Both the position numbers and the translations under genes were made by a program. A stretch of DNA of 64,000 nucleotides from an uncultured Actinomycetota bacterium (GTDB taxonomy: Bacteria > Actinomycetota > Actinomycetes > JAHEKZ01): the NCBI GenBank assembly GCA_963743915.1, contig CAVURN010000003.1, positions 352,001 through 416,000 on the forward strand, given 5' to 3'. Under the pieces are notes generated by a model. The model worked only from the letters and a program-made list of their open reading frames with translations. It was not told the DNA's origin and searched no databases. Shown one piece after another: positions 8,802 through 19,906 of the stretch. Each line of letters starts with the position of its first letter. The first letter of the stretch is position 1.

Positions 8802-10792
8802 GCGCTGCTCCCACGGGCGGCACGTACCCGGCGACCGATGCGGATCGCGGCCGCGACCACCATGAGGGCGGCCGCCACCCCGAAGACGAGCAGGGCGATG
8901 CTGCCGAAGCCCTGGACGTCCACCGTCACCGTGACCGGGTCGTCGTACGGCTTCCCGCGCCGCGTCTGCAGCTGCGCGTCGAAGGAGAGTCGTCCACTCG
9001 TGACCGCGTCGAGCTCGACGTCGACGCTGACCGTCTCGTCCGGCTCGACCCGGATGGGGTCGGCGGGCCCGTCCACCCGCAGACGCAGGGGATCGGCGGA
9101 CGTCAGCGCGAGTCGGACGACGACCGCCTGGTCGAGCTGGTTGCGCACGGTCACGGGGAAGGTGCCGCGGTCGTCGGAGAGAGTGCCGCCACGGGAGAGG
9201 ATGCGGACCCGGCTCCGCAGACTGGCCAATCGGTCGAGGGTCTCCTGCTGCGCCGTCGCCGCTGCCGTGGGATCGTCGCGCCACGCGGTGCTGATCGAGC
9301 TGAACAGGTCGTCGTCGATCGGTCCGCTCAGCTGTTGGGGACGGGACAGGATCCCGGCCAGGCGCCGGTTGTCCATGACGCCCTGCACCGCCGCGTCGAC
9401 CATCGAGGCGGGGAGCTGCCGCGATGCGGTCGATTCGGGGATGGTCGGGTCCGTGCGCTCGACGGTCGGTGCGCTCGGACTCACCGCCTCCTCGAGTGAC
9501 ACCGGGTTGAGCCAGCTCGCCTTCCGCACCGCGGTGACCAGCTCGTCGGACCACAGCGGCGACGGGTCCCAACGGCGCGGGGGAGCGACGACGAGCAGCC
9601 GGGGTTCGTACAGCTCGAGGGCGTGCAGCAGGGTCTCGGCGAGGAACCGCTGCCGGGCGAGGAGGACGTCGGTCGGGGTCGATGCCGGGGTCGCCACCAG
9701 GGCACTGGCGGCAGGGTCGGCGAGCAGGAGGTCGAGCTCGGGGTCGGGCCACGAGACGCGTCCGGAAGGGGTGTACGTGAGCGGTGTGACGAGCGGTGTC
9801 GTCTCCTCGTCGAGGAGCACCAACGAGGCGCCCGCGCGACCCGCGACGTCGATGGTGGTGTCGTCACCGGCTCCCTCGGCCGGCCAGACGAGGTCCGCTC
9901 GCGGTGCCGGTCCCACGAAGCGTCGGTACACCTTGTCGCCCTTGGCCCACCCCGCGCGCAGCATGCGTGGCTCGTCGGCCGCGCCGATGGCCGCCGCGTC
10001 CGGGTCGCCGTAGGGCAGGAGCACCACGTCCTGGTCGGCGCTGCTGGTCAGGTACGTGTCGAGCCAGCCGTTGGCGTCGGGGCTGCCGAGAGTGGTGGCG
10101 GCGTCGAGGACGGCTGGGTCGACCAACCATGTGGCGGGCGCCCCCGCGCCGGTCCGGGTGAGCACGCTGAGGCGTCCGCCGGCGGACAGGTCTGCGGCGA
10201 GGGCGTTGGGGTCGTCGGTGGCTCCTGGGGGAGTGCCGATGACCGGCCAGAACATGAGCAGCCGGCTCGGGGACACCCCGACCCCCTCCGGCGCGTACGG
10301 AAGGAAGGTCGAGGTCTCGCTCAGCACGGCGCCGGTCCGGACGTCGACGGCCACGACGCGTAGCGGGAAGACCCCCGCGCCGTAGAACGGCAAGTTGTCT
10401 GTGGCCACCTGGATGCGGAAGCGTCGGGTCGAGTCGGCACGTACCTTGCCGAGCTCGTCCGTGGCCCCGAACACCGGAGTGGTGACAGGCGGTGTGGAGG
10501 CAGCCTCGGTGATGGCGGCTCGGGACAGGAACGCGGTCGTGCCGACCTCGAGTCGGACAGCGACGTCGTCGAGGGTGCGGGTCGTCGAGAAGGTGCCCAC
10601 CGTGCGCAGCGTGCCCCCGGCCTGGACGCTGATCGGCGCCAGCTCGGTGAGGCGTAGCTCGGTCTGCAGCGGGGCGGCGAGAGCAGGACTGGAGGTGAGC
10701 CCGACGGCACCGGTCGCGCCGACCAGCAGCACGCCCAGCAGCAGGTGGAGCCATCGCCGGACGCCGGGCGCCGGACGCCGGGCAGACGTCAT
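8798..10792 (-). CDS. DUF6049-family secreted/membrane-anchored protein
   Basis: Signal peptide, TWLVDPAVL, LPYGDPD, ARQRFLAET, VVAPPRRWDP, C-terminal TM; conserved partner upstream of murJ. Confidence 0.85.
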   Translation of the reverse strand: MTSARRPAPGVRRWLHLLLGVLLVGATGAVGLTSSPALAAPLQTELRLTELAPISVQAGGTLRTVGTFSTTRTLDDVAVRLEVGTTAFLSRAAITEAASTPPVTTPVFGATDELGKVRADSTRRFRIQVATDNLPFYGAGVFPLRVVAVDVRTGAVLSETSTFLPYAPEGVGVSPSRLLMFWPVIGTPPGATDDPNALAADLSAGGRLSVLTRTGAGAPATWLVDPAVLDAATTLGSPDANGWLDTYLTSSADQDVVLLPYGDPDAAAIGAADEPRMLRAGWAKGDKVYRRFVGPAPRADLVWPAEGAGDDTTIDVAGRAGASLVLLDEETTPLVTPLTYTPSGRVSWPDPELDLLLADPAASALVATPASTPTDVLLARQRFLAETLLHALELYEPRLLVVAPPRRWDPSPLWSDELVTAVRKASWLNPVSLEEAVSPSAPTVERTDPTIPESTASRQLPASMVDAAVQGVMDNRRLAGILSRPQQLSGPIDDDLFSSISTAWRDDPTAAATAQQETLDRLASLRSRVRILSRGGTLSDDRGTFPVTVRNQLDQAVVVRLALTSADPLRLRVDGPADPIRVEPDETVSVDVELDAVTSGRLSFDAQLQTRRGKPYDDPVTVTVDVQGFGSIALLVFGVAAALMVVAAAIRIGRRVRAARGSSA

Positions 10793-10811
10793 GCAGCGAT
10801 GGTAGCCAGCG

Positions 10812-12422
10812 TCAGGTGCGGGTGCGGTCCACGTGACGCTCGTCGTCGAAGCGGAACGAGGCGATGCTCGTGCGCAGGTCAGCGGCCATGGCGTCGAGCG
10901 TGGCGAGCGTCTCGGCCCGCTGCCGCTGGCTGTCGGCCTGCTCCTCGGCGACCGCAGCGACCTGTCCCATGGCGGTGACGACCTGGTGCGAGGCCGAGGT
11001 CTGCTGCTGCGTGGCGAGCTGGATCTGGCCGGCCGCCTGGTCCGCCTCGTCGGCCACCGCAAGGATGCGGTTCAGCACCACCTCCATCTCCTCGACGTGG
11101 GAGCGTCCGGCGGCAGCCGCCTGCTCCCCGGCCTCCGTCGCCTGCAGGGTCGAGGTGGTGCCGACGCGGATGCGCTGGACGATCTCCTCGATCTGCCCGG
11201 TCGACTCCCGGGACCGTTCGGCCAGGGCGCGCACCTCGGCGGCGACGACAGCGAAACCGCGGCCGTGCTCGCCTGCCCGCGCCGCCTCGATGGCGGCGTT
11301 GAGGGCCAGCAGGTTGGTCTGGTCGGAGAGCTCGGCGATGACCGCGATGATCCGGCCGATCTCCTGCCCGGCGGCGTCGAGGTCGCGCGCCTGCTCCCCG
11401 ATCGAGCCGACCCGCTCGGAGATGTCGGTCATCTGCTCGGTCGTGACCGCGACGACCTCCCGCGCGACGGCCGAAGCCTCGGTCACCTGGGCGGCCGCCG
11501 CCGAGACTGCCCGAGCCGTCTCGGCGATCTGCTCGGCGGTCGCCGCCAGCTCCTGCATGCTGGCACTGGTCTGCGCGATGGCCGCCGACTGCTGCGTGTG
11601 GCCCACGGCCGCATCGGCCGCGGCGTTGTGCAGGCCGTGCACGCTGGAGGCCAGGTCGGCCCCCGCGTCGTGGACTCTGGCGACCAGACCCGCCATCGAC
11701 GCCAGCGCGGTGTCGAGTGAGGTCCACACCTCGCCCACGGCGACATCGGTCCCCAGCGACGACCGGGTGGCGTCTGCCGCCGAGACCAGGTCGCCATGGG
11801 CCAGCCGTCCAAGTGCCTCGGTGAGCCGGTCCACCTCTGCGGCCAGAGTGGAGCGCTCATCCTCGACCTGCTCGCGCGACCGCCTCAGGGCCGACGCCAG
11901 CAGCGCGGCGAAGCAGCTGAGCAGTCCGAGCGCGACCACCGCTGTCACATGGTGTCCGAGCTGATCTGCCGTCACCGCACCCGTCACGGCTGCGCTCACC
12001 AGGTAGCCCGTGACCGACAAGACGCCGAGTGCGGCGGTCCACGCGAAGGGCAGGGACATCGCAGCCAGCACGATGACGAAGACGAGGAAGAGCCACTGCC
12101 AGCTCTCCGGGCCACCGGCGGCGACGGTCGACACGGTGATCACGGCCACGAAGAAGACGAGCTGGAGACCGTCGACGAGCGTGGCATGCCGGTGCAGCCA
12201 GGCGATCCTGGCGTCCAGCCACGGACGGGCGAGGAACCAGCCGGCGCCGATGAGTGCCAGGACGCAGCACGCCACGAGAGTGGCGACCGACGACCGGCTC
12301 AGCGGCGGTGTCGCGGCATCGACGAGCAGGTACAGGGCGACCGGGTTGAGGAGGGCGTAGACGACGGCACACCAACCGGCCACCCGGTGCACGGCGTGTG
12401 AGAAGCCGTCGACGTCTTCCAT
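10812..12422 (-). CDS. Methyl-accepting chemotaxis protein with multi-TM sensor region
   Basis: About 5-6 TM helices, HAMP-like segment, tip motif [37 protein letters not shown]; ATG at 12422 with GAGGAGG RBS. Confidence 0.95.
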   Translation of the reverse strand: MEDVDGFSHAVHRVAGWCAVVYALLNPVALYLLVDAATPPLSRSSVATLVACCVLALIGAGWFLARPWLDARIAWLHRHATLVDGLQLVFFVAVITVSTVAAGGPESWQWLFLVFVIVLAAMSLPFAWTAALGVLSVTGYLVSAAVTGAVTADQLGHHVTAVVALGLLSCFAALLASALRRSREQVEDERSTLAAEVDRLTEALGRLAHGDLVSAADATRSSLGTDVAVGEVWTSLDTALASMAGLVARVHDAGADLASSVHGLHNAAADAAVGHTQQSAAIAQTSASMQELAATAEQIAETARAVSAAAAQVTEASAVAREVVAVTTEQMTDISERVGSIGEQARDLDAAGQEIGRIIAVIAELSDQTNLLALNAAIEAARAGEHGRGFAVVAAEVRALAERSRESTGQIEEIVQRIRVGTTSTLQATEAGEQAAAAGRSHVEEMEVVLNRILAVADEADQAAGQIQLATQQQTSASHQVVTAMGQVAAVAEEQADSQRQRAETLATLDAMAADLRTSIASFRFDDERHVDRTRT

Positions 12423-12457
12423 CCATCCCTCCTCATACCGCGGACAACGGAATGAGG

Positions 12458-12483
12458 ATCGGCAACGGCGGTCCCTTCCTGAA
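12458..12483 (-). promoter_or_regulatory. Sigma28/FliA(WhiG)-type promoter of the chemoreceptor
   Basis: Minus strand TTCA-N16-GCCGAT, 35 nt upstream of the MCP start. Confidence 0.7.
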
Positions 12484-12505
12484 CCGCTGGCTAGGCTCCT
12501 GCTCT

Positions 12506-14011
12506 GTGTCCAGGTCATCGCGGTCCACGTCGTCGGGTTCGGGTTCCTCCGGGCACGCGGACCCTGAGGCAGCGGCCCGTCGACGGGCGATCACCGAGCT
12601 GGTCCGTGTCTCGCCGGTCGTCGACGCCCTCGGCGCGCACTTCACCGAGGCCGGGCACGAGATCGCTCTCGTCGGTGGTTCTGTCCGTGACGCGCTGATG
12701 GGGCGGCTGGGCAATGACCTCGACTTCGCCACGTCAGCACCCCCGGACGTGGTCGAGCAGCTGCTCGAGGGCCACGTGGAAGCGATGTGGGACATCGGCA
12801 AGGCGTTCGGCACGATCGGGTGCCGGATCGGGTCGCTGACGTGCGAGATCACCACCTACCGCACCGAGCACTACGACCACCGGTCGCGGAAGCCCGAGGT
12901 CGAGTACGGGACCTCGCTCGCCGGTGACCTCGGCCGGCGAGACTTCACCGTGAACGCGATGGCGGTGCGGCTGCCGGTGCAGAGCTTCGCCGATCCTTTC
13001 GTCGACCTCTTCAACGGTGTCGCCGACCTGGCGTCGGGTGCCCTTCGGACGCCAGGCCGACCTGAGGACTCCTTCGACGACGACCCGCTGCGCATGATGC
13101 GGGCAGCGCGCTTCACCGCCCAGCTCGGATTCACGGTGGCCCCCGACGTGGTCACCGCGATGGAGCAGATGGCCGACCGTCTGGCGATCGTGTCGCCGGA
13201 ACGGGTGCGTGACGAGTTCAGCAAGCTGCTGCTCTCCCCCGACCCGCGGGCCGGCCTGCGTCTGCTGGTCGAGACCGGCGTCGCCGACCAGTTCATCCCC
13301 GAGCTGTCCGCGCTCCGGCTCGAGGTCGACGAGCACCATCGGCACAAGGACGTCTACGACCACACGCTGACCGTCGTGGAGCAGGCGATGGGCCTGGAGA
13401 CCGAGGGTCCCGACCTCGTCCTACGACTGGCCGCTCTGCTGCACGACATCGGCAAGCCCGGAACCCGCCGGTTCGAGCCCGGCGGCGGGGTCTCGTTCCA
13501 CCACCACGAGGCGGTCGGCGCCCGGCTGACCCGCAAGCGCCTGAAGGCACTGCACTACCCGAAGGACGTCGTCGAGGACGTGTCCCGGCTCGTCGAGCTC
13601 CACCTGCGGTTCCATGGCTATGCGGACGGGGAGTGGACGGACTCTGCGGTGCGCCGCTACGTGCGGGACGCAGGTCACCTGCTCGGGCGGCTGCACGCAC
13701 TGACCCGGGCCGACTGCACGACCCGCAACCGTCGCAAGGCGACCGCGCTCGCCAGCGCCTACGACCACCTCGAGGAGCGGATCGCCGCCCTCAGCGAGGC
13801 CGAGGAGCTTGCGGCGATCCGCCCCGACCTCGACGGCAACGCCATCATGGAGATCCTCGACATCCCTCCCGGACGGATCGTCGGCGACGCGTATCAGTTC
13901 CTGCTCGAGCTCCGCCTCGACCAGGGACCGCTCGGCCGCGACGACGCGGTGGCCGCGCTTCTTGGCTGGTGGAGGGAGCGTCAGGACGCCGAGCGCGCGA
14001 AGGGCCGGTAG
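12506..14011 (+). CDS. cca: CCA tRNA nucleotidyltransferase with HD domain
   Basis: [40 protein letters not shown]; start approximate. Confidence 0.95.
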   Translation: MSRSSRSTSSGSGSSGHADPEAAARRRAITELVRVSPVVDALGAHFTEAGHEIALVGGSVRDALMGRLGNDLDFATSAPPDVVEQLLEGHVEAMWDIGKAFGTIGCRIGSLTCEITTYRTEHYDHRSRKPEVEYGTSLAGDLGRRDFTVNAMAVRLPVQSFADPFVDLFNGVADLASGALRTPGRPEDSFDDDPLRMMRAARFTAQLGFTVAPDVVTAMEQMADRLAIVSPERVRDEFSKLLLSPDPRAGLRLLVETGVADQFIPELSALRLEVDEHHRHKDVYDHTLTVVEQAMGLETEGPDLVLRLAALLHDIGKPGTRRFEPGGGVSFHHHEAVGARLTRKRLKALHYPKDVVEDVSRLVELHLRFHGYADGEWTDSAVRRYVRDAGHLLGRLHALTRADCTTRNRRKATALASAYDHLEERIAALSEAEELAAIRPDLDGNAIMEILDIPPGRIVGDAYQFLLELRLDQGPLGRDDAVAALLGWWRERQDAERAKGR

Positions 14012-15234
14012 AGCCAGCCGGCGAGAAGCAGGTAGCTCACGGCGGCGACGGCCGGGATCAGGCGTCCGACCATGGTGTCCATCGGGAGCAGCACTACGGC
14101 CGTGGCGCCCACCACGAAGGCGACGTTGAAGACGAGGTCGTAGGCGATGAAGACCCGCCCTCGGTAGTCGTCGTCGACGCTGCGCTGCAGCACGGTGTCG
14201 ACGACGATCTTCAGGATCTGAGCGCTCGCGCCGAGGACCACCCACGCGACGACGAGGCTGGTGAGTCGCGGTCCGAACCAGGCCGCCACCGACGCCGCAC
14301 CGGCCGCAGCCATGGCCAGTGCCGCGGACCGACGACCGCCCAGGACACGCACGAGGGGCGGCGTGACCAGCGCGGCCACCACCAGCCCGGCACCCAGCGC
14401 CATGGCGATCGACGCCAGCCCCGCGAGTGCCGCCGGCTCGTCGTCCTTGGTGACCTCGAGGCGGAAGCGGATGAGGACGATCGACCAGACCGTCAGCAGA
14501 CCGAAGAGCAGCCGATGCACCGTCATCAGCTCGAGGACCCGCCGCGCCGGACGCGTCCGCAGGATGTGGGCGACACCGTCGCGTACGTCGTCCCAGGCCT
14601 GGCGGAAGGGGGGAGCCTCGTCACCGGTGAGGTCCGGACCCAGTGACGGCCGGGAGAAGCGGCGGGTGGCAGCGGCCGCGAGCAGGTAGCCGGCTCCCGC
14701 CGCCACGAACGGCGCGGCGTCCGACGCACTGCTCAGCGCGAGACCGACACCGGCGCCGACCACGGTCGCCCCCGTGCCGGCGGTGGGTGACAGCGCGTTC
14801 CCGCTGACCAGAAGAGGTGCCGGGAGGGTGAGGGGCAGCGCCGCACCGAGGGCGGCGAGGATGAGTCGGTTGAGCCCGAGCGCCAGCAGCGCGGTGCCGA
14901 AGAGTGCGACGTCGGACGTCGTCGTCGCGGCCAGCACCGCGAGGACCAGCGCGAGCCCGGCGCGCGCCAGGTTCGCCCAGGCGAGCACGGCGACCCGGGA
15001 CCACCGGTCGAGGAGCACCCCGGCCAGAGGGGCGGCCAGGGTGAAGGGCAGGAGCAGCACGGCGAAACCCAGGGCGATGCGGCCGGGGGAGGGCTGGCGC
15101 TCGGGGGTGAAGAGGACGACACCGACGAGCCCCGCCTGGAGCAGCCCGTCGGACAGCTGCCCCACCAGCCGGACGCGCAGCAGCGCCCGGAAGGCCGGCT
15201 CGGCGAACAGTCCGCGCAGGGTGTCGTGGCGCAT
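13981..15234 (-). CDS. MFS transporter
   Basis: About 12 TM helices, GVLLDRWSR motif A, DDDYRGRVF; conserved neighbour of cca and ino1. Confidence 0.88.
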   Translation of the reverse strand: MRHDTLRGLFAEPAFRALLRVRLVGQLSDGLLQAGLVGVVLFTPERQPSPGRIALGFAVLLLPFTLAAPLAGVLLDRWSRVAVLAWANLARAGLALVLAVLAATTTSDVALFGTALLALGLNRLILAALGAALPLTLPAPLLVSGNALSPTAGTGATVVGAGVGLALSSASDAAPFVAAGAGYLLAAAATRRFSRPSLGPDLTGDEAPPFRQAWDDVRDGVAHILRTRPARRVLELMTVHRLLFGLLTVWSIVLIRFRLEVTKDDEPAALAGLASIAMALGAGLVVAALVTPPLVRVLGGRRSAALAMAAAGAASVAAWFGPRLTSLVVAWVVLGASAQILKIVVDTVLQRSVDDDYRGRVFIAYDLVFNVAFVVGATAVVLLPMDTMVGRLIPAVAAVSYLLLAGWLYRPFARSAS

Positions 15235-15317
15235 CGCGGCGAGCCTAGGGGGCGGCCGCGATTCGCGGGTCGGCCTCGGGAGACCGTGATCTGGTGCGGG
15301 CGGTGCGCCCGCCTGGG

Positions 15318-16391
15318 TCAGGCTCGGCCGGCGATGAAGTCCTCGACCGCCTGACGGGCCTCGTCGTCGCGGTACTGCTCGGGCGGCGACTTCATGAAGT
15401 AGCTGGACGCCGACAGGATCGGGCCACCGACGCCGCGGTCGAGCGCGATCTTGGCGCAGCGGACCGCGTCGATGATGACGCCCGCGGAGTTCGGGGAGTC
15501 CCACACCTCGAGCTTGTACTCGAGGTTCAGCGGCACGTCGCCGAACGCGCGACCCTCGAGGCGCACGTAGGCCCACTTGCGGTCGTCGAGCCAGGCGACG
15601 TAGTCGGACGGCCCGATGTGCACGTTGTTCTTGCCGAGGTCGTGGTCGAGCTGGGACGTGACGGCCTGCGTCTTGGAGATCTTCTTGGACTCCAGGCGCT
15701 CGCGCTCGAGCATGTTCTTGAAGTCCATGTTGCCGCCGACGTTCAGCTGCATGGTCCGGTCGAGGATGACCCCGCGGTCCTCGAACAGCTTGGCCAGCAC
15801 GCGGTGCGTGATGGTGGCGCCCACCTGGGACTTGATGTCGTCGCCGACGATCGGCACACCGGCCGCGGTGAACTTGTCGGCCCACTCCTTGGTGCCGGCG
15901 ATGAAGACCGGGAGCGCGTTGACGAAGCCGACGCCGGCGTCGATCGCGGCCTGCGCGTAGTACTTGGCGGCGTCCTCCGAACCCACGGGCAGGTAGCAGA
16001 CGAGCACGTCGGCCTGAGTGTCACGAAGCACCTGTGCCACGTCGACCGGCTCTTCGTCGGACTCGGTGATGGTCTCCAGGTAGTACTTGCCGAGACCGTC
16101 GAGCGTCGGCCCGCGCTGGACGGTGACTCCGGTGGGCGGCACGTCGGCGATCTTGATCGTGTTGTTCTCGCTCGACACGATCGCGTGGGCGAGATCCTGG
16201 CCGACCTTCTTGGCGTCGACGTCGAATCCGGCGACGAACTGCACGTCCCTGACGTGGTAGTCGCCGATCTGCACGTGCATCAAGCCGGGGACGCGTGCGT
16301 CGGGATCGGCGTCCTTGTAGTACTCGACGCCTTGCACGAGCGATGCGGCGCAGTTGCCGACGCCCGCGATGGCTACGCGTACCGAACCCAT
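15318..16391 (-). CDS. ino1: Myo-inositol-1-phosphate synthase
   Basis: [42 protein letters not shown]. Confidence 0.98.
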   Translation of the reverse strand: MGSVRVAIAGVGNCAASLVQGVEYYKDADPDARVPGLMHVQIGDYHVRDVQFVAGFDVDAKKVGQDLAHAIVSSENNTIKIADVPPTGVTVQRGPTLDGLGKYYLETITESDEEPVDVAQVLRDTQADVLVCYLPVGSEDAAKYYAQAAIDAGVGFVNALPVFIAGTKEWADKFTAAGVPIVGDDIKSQVGATITHRVLAKLFEDRGVILDRTMQLNVGGNMDFKNMLERERLESKKISKTQAVTSQLDHDLGKNNVHIGPSDYVAWLDDRKWAYVRLEGRAFGDVPLNLEYKLEVWDSPNSAGVIIDAVRCAKIALDRGVGGPILSASSYFMKSPPEQYRDDEARQAVEDFIAGRA

Positions 16392-16394
16392 GGG

Positions 16395-17015
16395 TTACTC
16401 CTTCGTCGTGTCCCCGGAGCGGATCGCCCGGGAGTCTTGGGGGGTGGAACGGGAAGAGACGGACGCAGCCGAACCGGTGCGCGCGTTTTCGTCGTCGATC
16501 AGCTCGTTGAGCCAGCGCACCTCACGCTCGACCGACTCGAGGCCGTGCTGGTGGAGCGCGACGGTGTAGTCGTCGAGCCGCTCGCGGGTGCGGGTGACGG
16601 AGCCGCGCAGCGTCTCGAGCCGTTCCTCGAGGCGTCCACGGCGTCCCATGAGGATGCGCATGCGGGTGTCGGCGTCGGTGCGTCCGAAGAACGCGAACCG
16701 GACGCCGAACGTCTCGTCGTCCCAGGCGGCCGGGCCGGCGTCGGCGAGGAGCTCCTGGAAGTGCTCCTTGCCCTCGGCGGTCAGCTGGTAGACGATCTTG
16801 GACCGACGGGCCCCGCTCGTCGCTGAGTCGGCGGACTCGGCGATCCAGCCCTGGCGCACGAGGTCCTTCAGGCAGGGGTAGAGGGAGCCGTAGGAGAGGG
16901 CGCGGAAGGCGCCGAGCTGGCTGGAGAGCCGCTTGCGCAGCTCGTAGCCGTGCATCGGGGACTCGTGCAGCGAGCCGAGGACGGCCAGCTCGAGCACCCC
17001 ACTGCGCTTGGCCAC
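16395..17015 (-). CDS. PadR-family regulator (Rv0047c-like) co-transcribed with ino1
   Basis: LELAVLGSL..PMHGYELRK, SYGSLYPCL, EREVRWLNELI; GTG start with AAGGAG RBS. Confidence 0.93.
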   Translation of the reverse strand: MAKRSGVLELAVLGSLHESPMHGYELRKRLSSQLGAFRALSYGSLYPCLKDLVRQGWIAESADSATSGARRSKIVYQLTAEGKEHFQELLADAGPAAWDDETFGVRFAFFGRTDADTRMRILMGRRGRLEERLETLRGSVTRTRERLDDYTVALHQHGLESVEREVRWLNELIDDENARTGSAASVSSRSTPQDSRAIRSGDTTKE

Positions 17016-17036
17016 GGCACTCCTTGGACGGCGGGA

Positions 17037-17084
17037 CGATATATCGGATCGATACATCGCAACGATGCGTCGCGACGATACGCG
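17037..17084. promoter_or_regulatory. Candidate PadR operator: palindrome plus degenerate second copy
   Basis: CGATATATCG-gat-CGATACATCG (17037-17059) and CGATGCGTCG-cga-CGATACGCG (17063-17084) directly upstream of padR. Confidence 0.65.
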
Positions 17085-17193
17085 GTGGGCCGGGTCGACG
17101 CAAATCCACCCGCCGTTCACCCCGCCGCCACCCCTCGACGCGTTCCCTCGGGGAGCGGACGCGGGGGAGCGCGCCGGGACGTACCCTCGAGGG

Positions 17194-17619
17194 ATGCCGC
17201 GTCCAGCACGGGTCTGGTCGCAGCGTGCGGTCGTCGACTACGCGCTGCAGCGCAGGGCTGCGCTGGCCGAGCTGCGCCGGGGCCAGGTGTTCGTCACCGA
17301 CCTGTGTGACGCCGACCCCTACCTGCTGCGGGCTGCTGAGCACCACGGGGTGCCGGCCGACCGGCCCTGTCCGGTCTGCCGGCGGCCCGAGCTGGTCGAG
17401 CTCTCCTACGTGTACGGGGACGAGCTCGGGCCCTACCAGGGGCGGATCCGAGCCCCCCGTGAGCTCGAGCTCATGGCCCGCGAGCACGGTGAGTTCCGGG
17501 TGTACGTGGTCGAGGTCTGCCGTCGGTGCTCGTGGAACTACCTGACGACCACGTTCCTGATGGGGGACGGGGAGCCGCGTCCCCCGCTCCGGGCCTCGCG
17601 CGGCGACCCCGTGCTCTGA
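17194..17619 (+). CDS. DUF5318 family protein (Rv0049-like)
   Basis: VVDYALQRRA, CDADPYLLRAA..HG, CPVC, YVVEVC..CSWN. Confidence 0.92.
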   Translation: MPRPARVWSQRAVVDYALQRRAALAELRRGQVFVTDLCDADPYLLRAAEHHGVPADRPCPVCRRPELVELSYVYGDELGPYQGRIRAPRELELMAREHGEFRVYVVEVCRRCSWNYLTTTFLMGDGEPRPPLRASRGDPVL

Positions 17620-17681
17620 CCCGTCCGCCGACTGGGTGCAGTGACGGGGGTCCTGGCACCGGAAAGCGCACCCGAGCCCCG

Positions 17682-19866
17682 ATGCCGCCGCGCCCCAGGG
17701 CCCCGAAAGCGTCGCCAGCGGGTCGGGGAACGCCGAACCGTCCGCGTCCGTCAGACTGGGGGCCGGCCCCGGCCGCACCCTCCCCATCGAAAGGCCGACG
17801 TGCGCATCGACTACCCCCGCCGTGGGCGAACCGGCGCTCGTCGCTTCGTCCCGTCGTGGCGCCAGGTGCTCGGCCTGCTGACCCTCGGGGTGGCCGCCGG
17901 GATCGCCGCGTTCATCGCCCTCTACCTGATGATCGACGTCCCTCAGCCGAACGAGCTGGCCACGGCTCAGACGAGCGTCGTCTACTACGACGACGGCAAG
18001 AGCGTCATCGGGCGCTTCGCCGAGGTCAACCGCGAGATCGTCTCGCTCGACGACATCCCGGACGAGGTCGAGCTGGCCGTCCTGGCCGCTGAGGATCGCA
18101 GCTTCTACGAGAACGAGGGGATCTCCCCGGCGGGAATCGTGCGTGCCCTGTGGAACAACATCCGCGGCGGCGACACGCAGGGAGCCTCGACCATCACCCA
18201 GCAGTACGCGCGCAACGCCTACCTCACGCAGGAGCAGACGCTGCAGCGCAAGGTGAAGGAGGCGATCCTCGCCATCAAGCTCGCGCGGGACCAGACCAAG
18301 GACCAGGTGCTCGAGGACTACCTCAACACGATCTACTTCGGACGCGGTGCGTACGGCATCCAGGCGGCCAGTCAGGCCTACTTCGGCCGGGACGTCCAGG
18401 ACCTCACCGTCGCGCAAGGCGCAGTGCTGGCGGCGGTGATCCGCGCTCCGAGCTCGTACGACCCGGTGGAGGGACCCGAGGCCAAGGACGCTCTCGAGGC
18501 GCGGGTCCTCGACTACGTGATCCCCGGGATGGTCGAGCAGGGCTGGCTGAGCGAGACGGAAGCCGCCGAGATCACCCGCCTGCCGAAGATCCAGGACCCC
18601 AAGGCCCTCAACGCCTACCGCGGGCAGTCGGGATTCCTGCTCGACGTGGTCCGCGACGAGCTCAGGGACCTCGGCTTCAACAAGGACGAGATCGACGCCG
18701 GTGGGCTGCGCATCACGACGACGTTCGACAAGCAGGCGCAGGACGCGGCACAGACGGCCGCCACCGAAGGCTTCCCACCGCCTCCCAACGAGGGCGTCAA
18801 GCTGGGACTGGTCTCGGTCGAGCCGGGGACGGGCCGCATCGTGGCGATGTACGGCGGCACGAACTGGGAGCGCAGCCAGTTCAACAACGCGATCGCCCCG
18901 GTTCCTGTCGGCTCCACCATGAAGGCGTTCACCGTCGCCGCCGCCCTGCAGAACGGGTACACGCTGTCGAGCACCTTCGACGGCAACTCGCCCTTCTACA
19001 TCGAGACCGAGACCAAGCCGGTCTACAACCAGGGCGGAGCCAGCTACGGGTCGGCCATCTCGCTGCTGTACGCCACCGAGATGTCGGTGAACACCGCGTT
19101 CGTCGACCTCACCGAGCAGATGGGTCCGCAGGAGGTCGCTCAGGCAGCCGGTGAGGCCGGGCTCGACGTCGACAACCTGTACGCCGACAGCCCACGCGTG
19201 ACGCTCGGGTCGGCGGCCTACTCGCCGCTCACCATGGCTGCGGGGTACGCCACCTTCGCCGCCGAGGGCGTGCACGCCGACCCCTTCGCGGTGCTCAAGG
19301 TCGAGGACGCCACCGGTCAGGTGCTGTACGAGGCCGAGGAGCAGACGCAACGGGCCTTCCCGGCGACCATCGCCAACGAGGTCACGTACGACCTGGCTCA
19401 GGTGGTTCAGGCCGGCACGGGCGCCTACGCGCAGAACCTCGGACGTCCGGCCGCCGGCAAGACCGGCAACCACGAGGGCGAGACGGCGTGGTTCATCGGC
19501 TACACGCCGCAGCTGGTCACCGCCGTCGCCTTTCACCGAGAGCTCGGCGGTGACCCGCTGGCACCCCTGAACGGAGTGGCGTACCAACCTGTCTTCACCG
19601 GAGCCGGCTACCCCACCCAGATCTGGACGGCTTTCATGAACGCCGCCCTCGAGGGCACCGAGGTGCTCCCACTCCCCGGCCGACCGGTGCCCACCACCAG
19701 TCCCTCCCCGACCCCGTCACCGTCGCCCACGACGTCGTCACCGTCACCGTCGCCGACCACCGCGTCGCCGTCGCCCTCGCCGACGAAGACCAAGCCGTCT
19801 CCGTCGGCGACCTCGGCGGAGCCGAGCCCGTCCGCCGAGCCCGCCGGAGGCGGACAACAGCCGTGA
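17682..19866 (+). CDS. ponA: Class A penicillin-binding protein (PonA1-like); probable +1 frameshift near 17802
   Basis: AEDRSFY, GASTITQQYA and RKVKE transglycosylase motifs; STMK, SVN and KTG transpeptidase motifs; Ser/Pro/Thr tail. ATG 17682 joins the IDYPR frame if one base is removed; alternative start GTG 17800. Confidence 0.92.
19690..19840 (+). repeat. Ser/Pro/Thr low-complexity tail of the PBP
   Basis: Encodes PTTSPSPTPSPSPTTSSPSPSPTTASPSPSPT. Confidence 0.75.
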
Positions 19867-19906
19867 CGGGCCGCCTCCGGCGTCAGGTCCGGAGACGGAC
19901 GGCACA

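Noticed and set aside
16522-19587. 1021-aa minus-strand ORF and similar long ORFs (52540..55392, 8157..10013, 57726..59501)
   Set aside because: Antisense shadow frames of well-supported genes, expected at high GC; no recognisable motifs.
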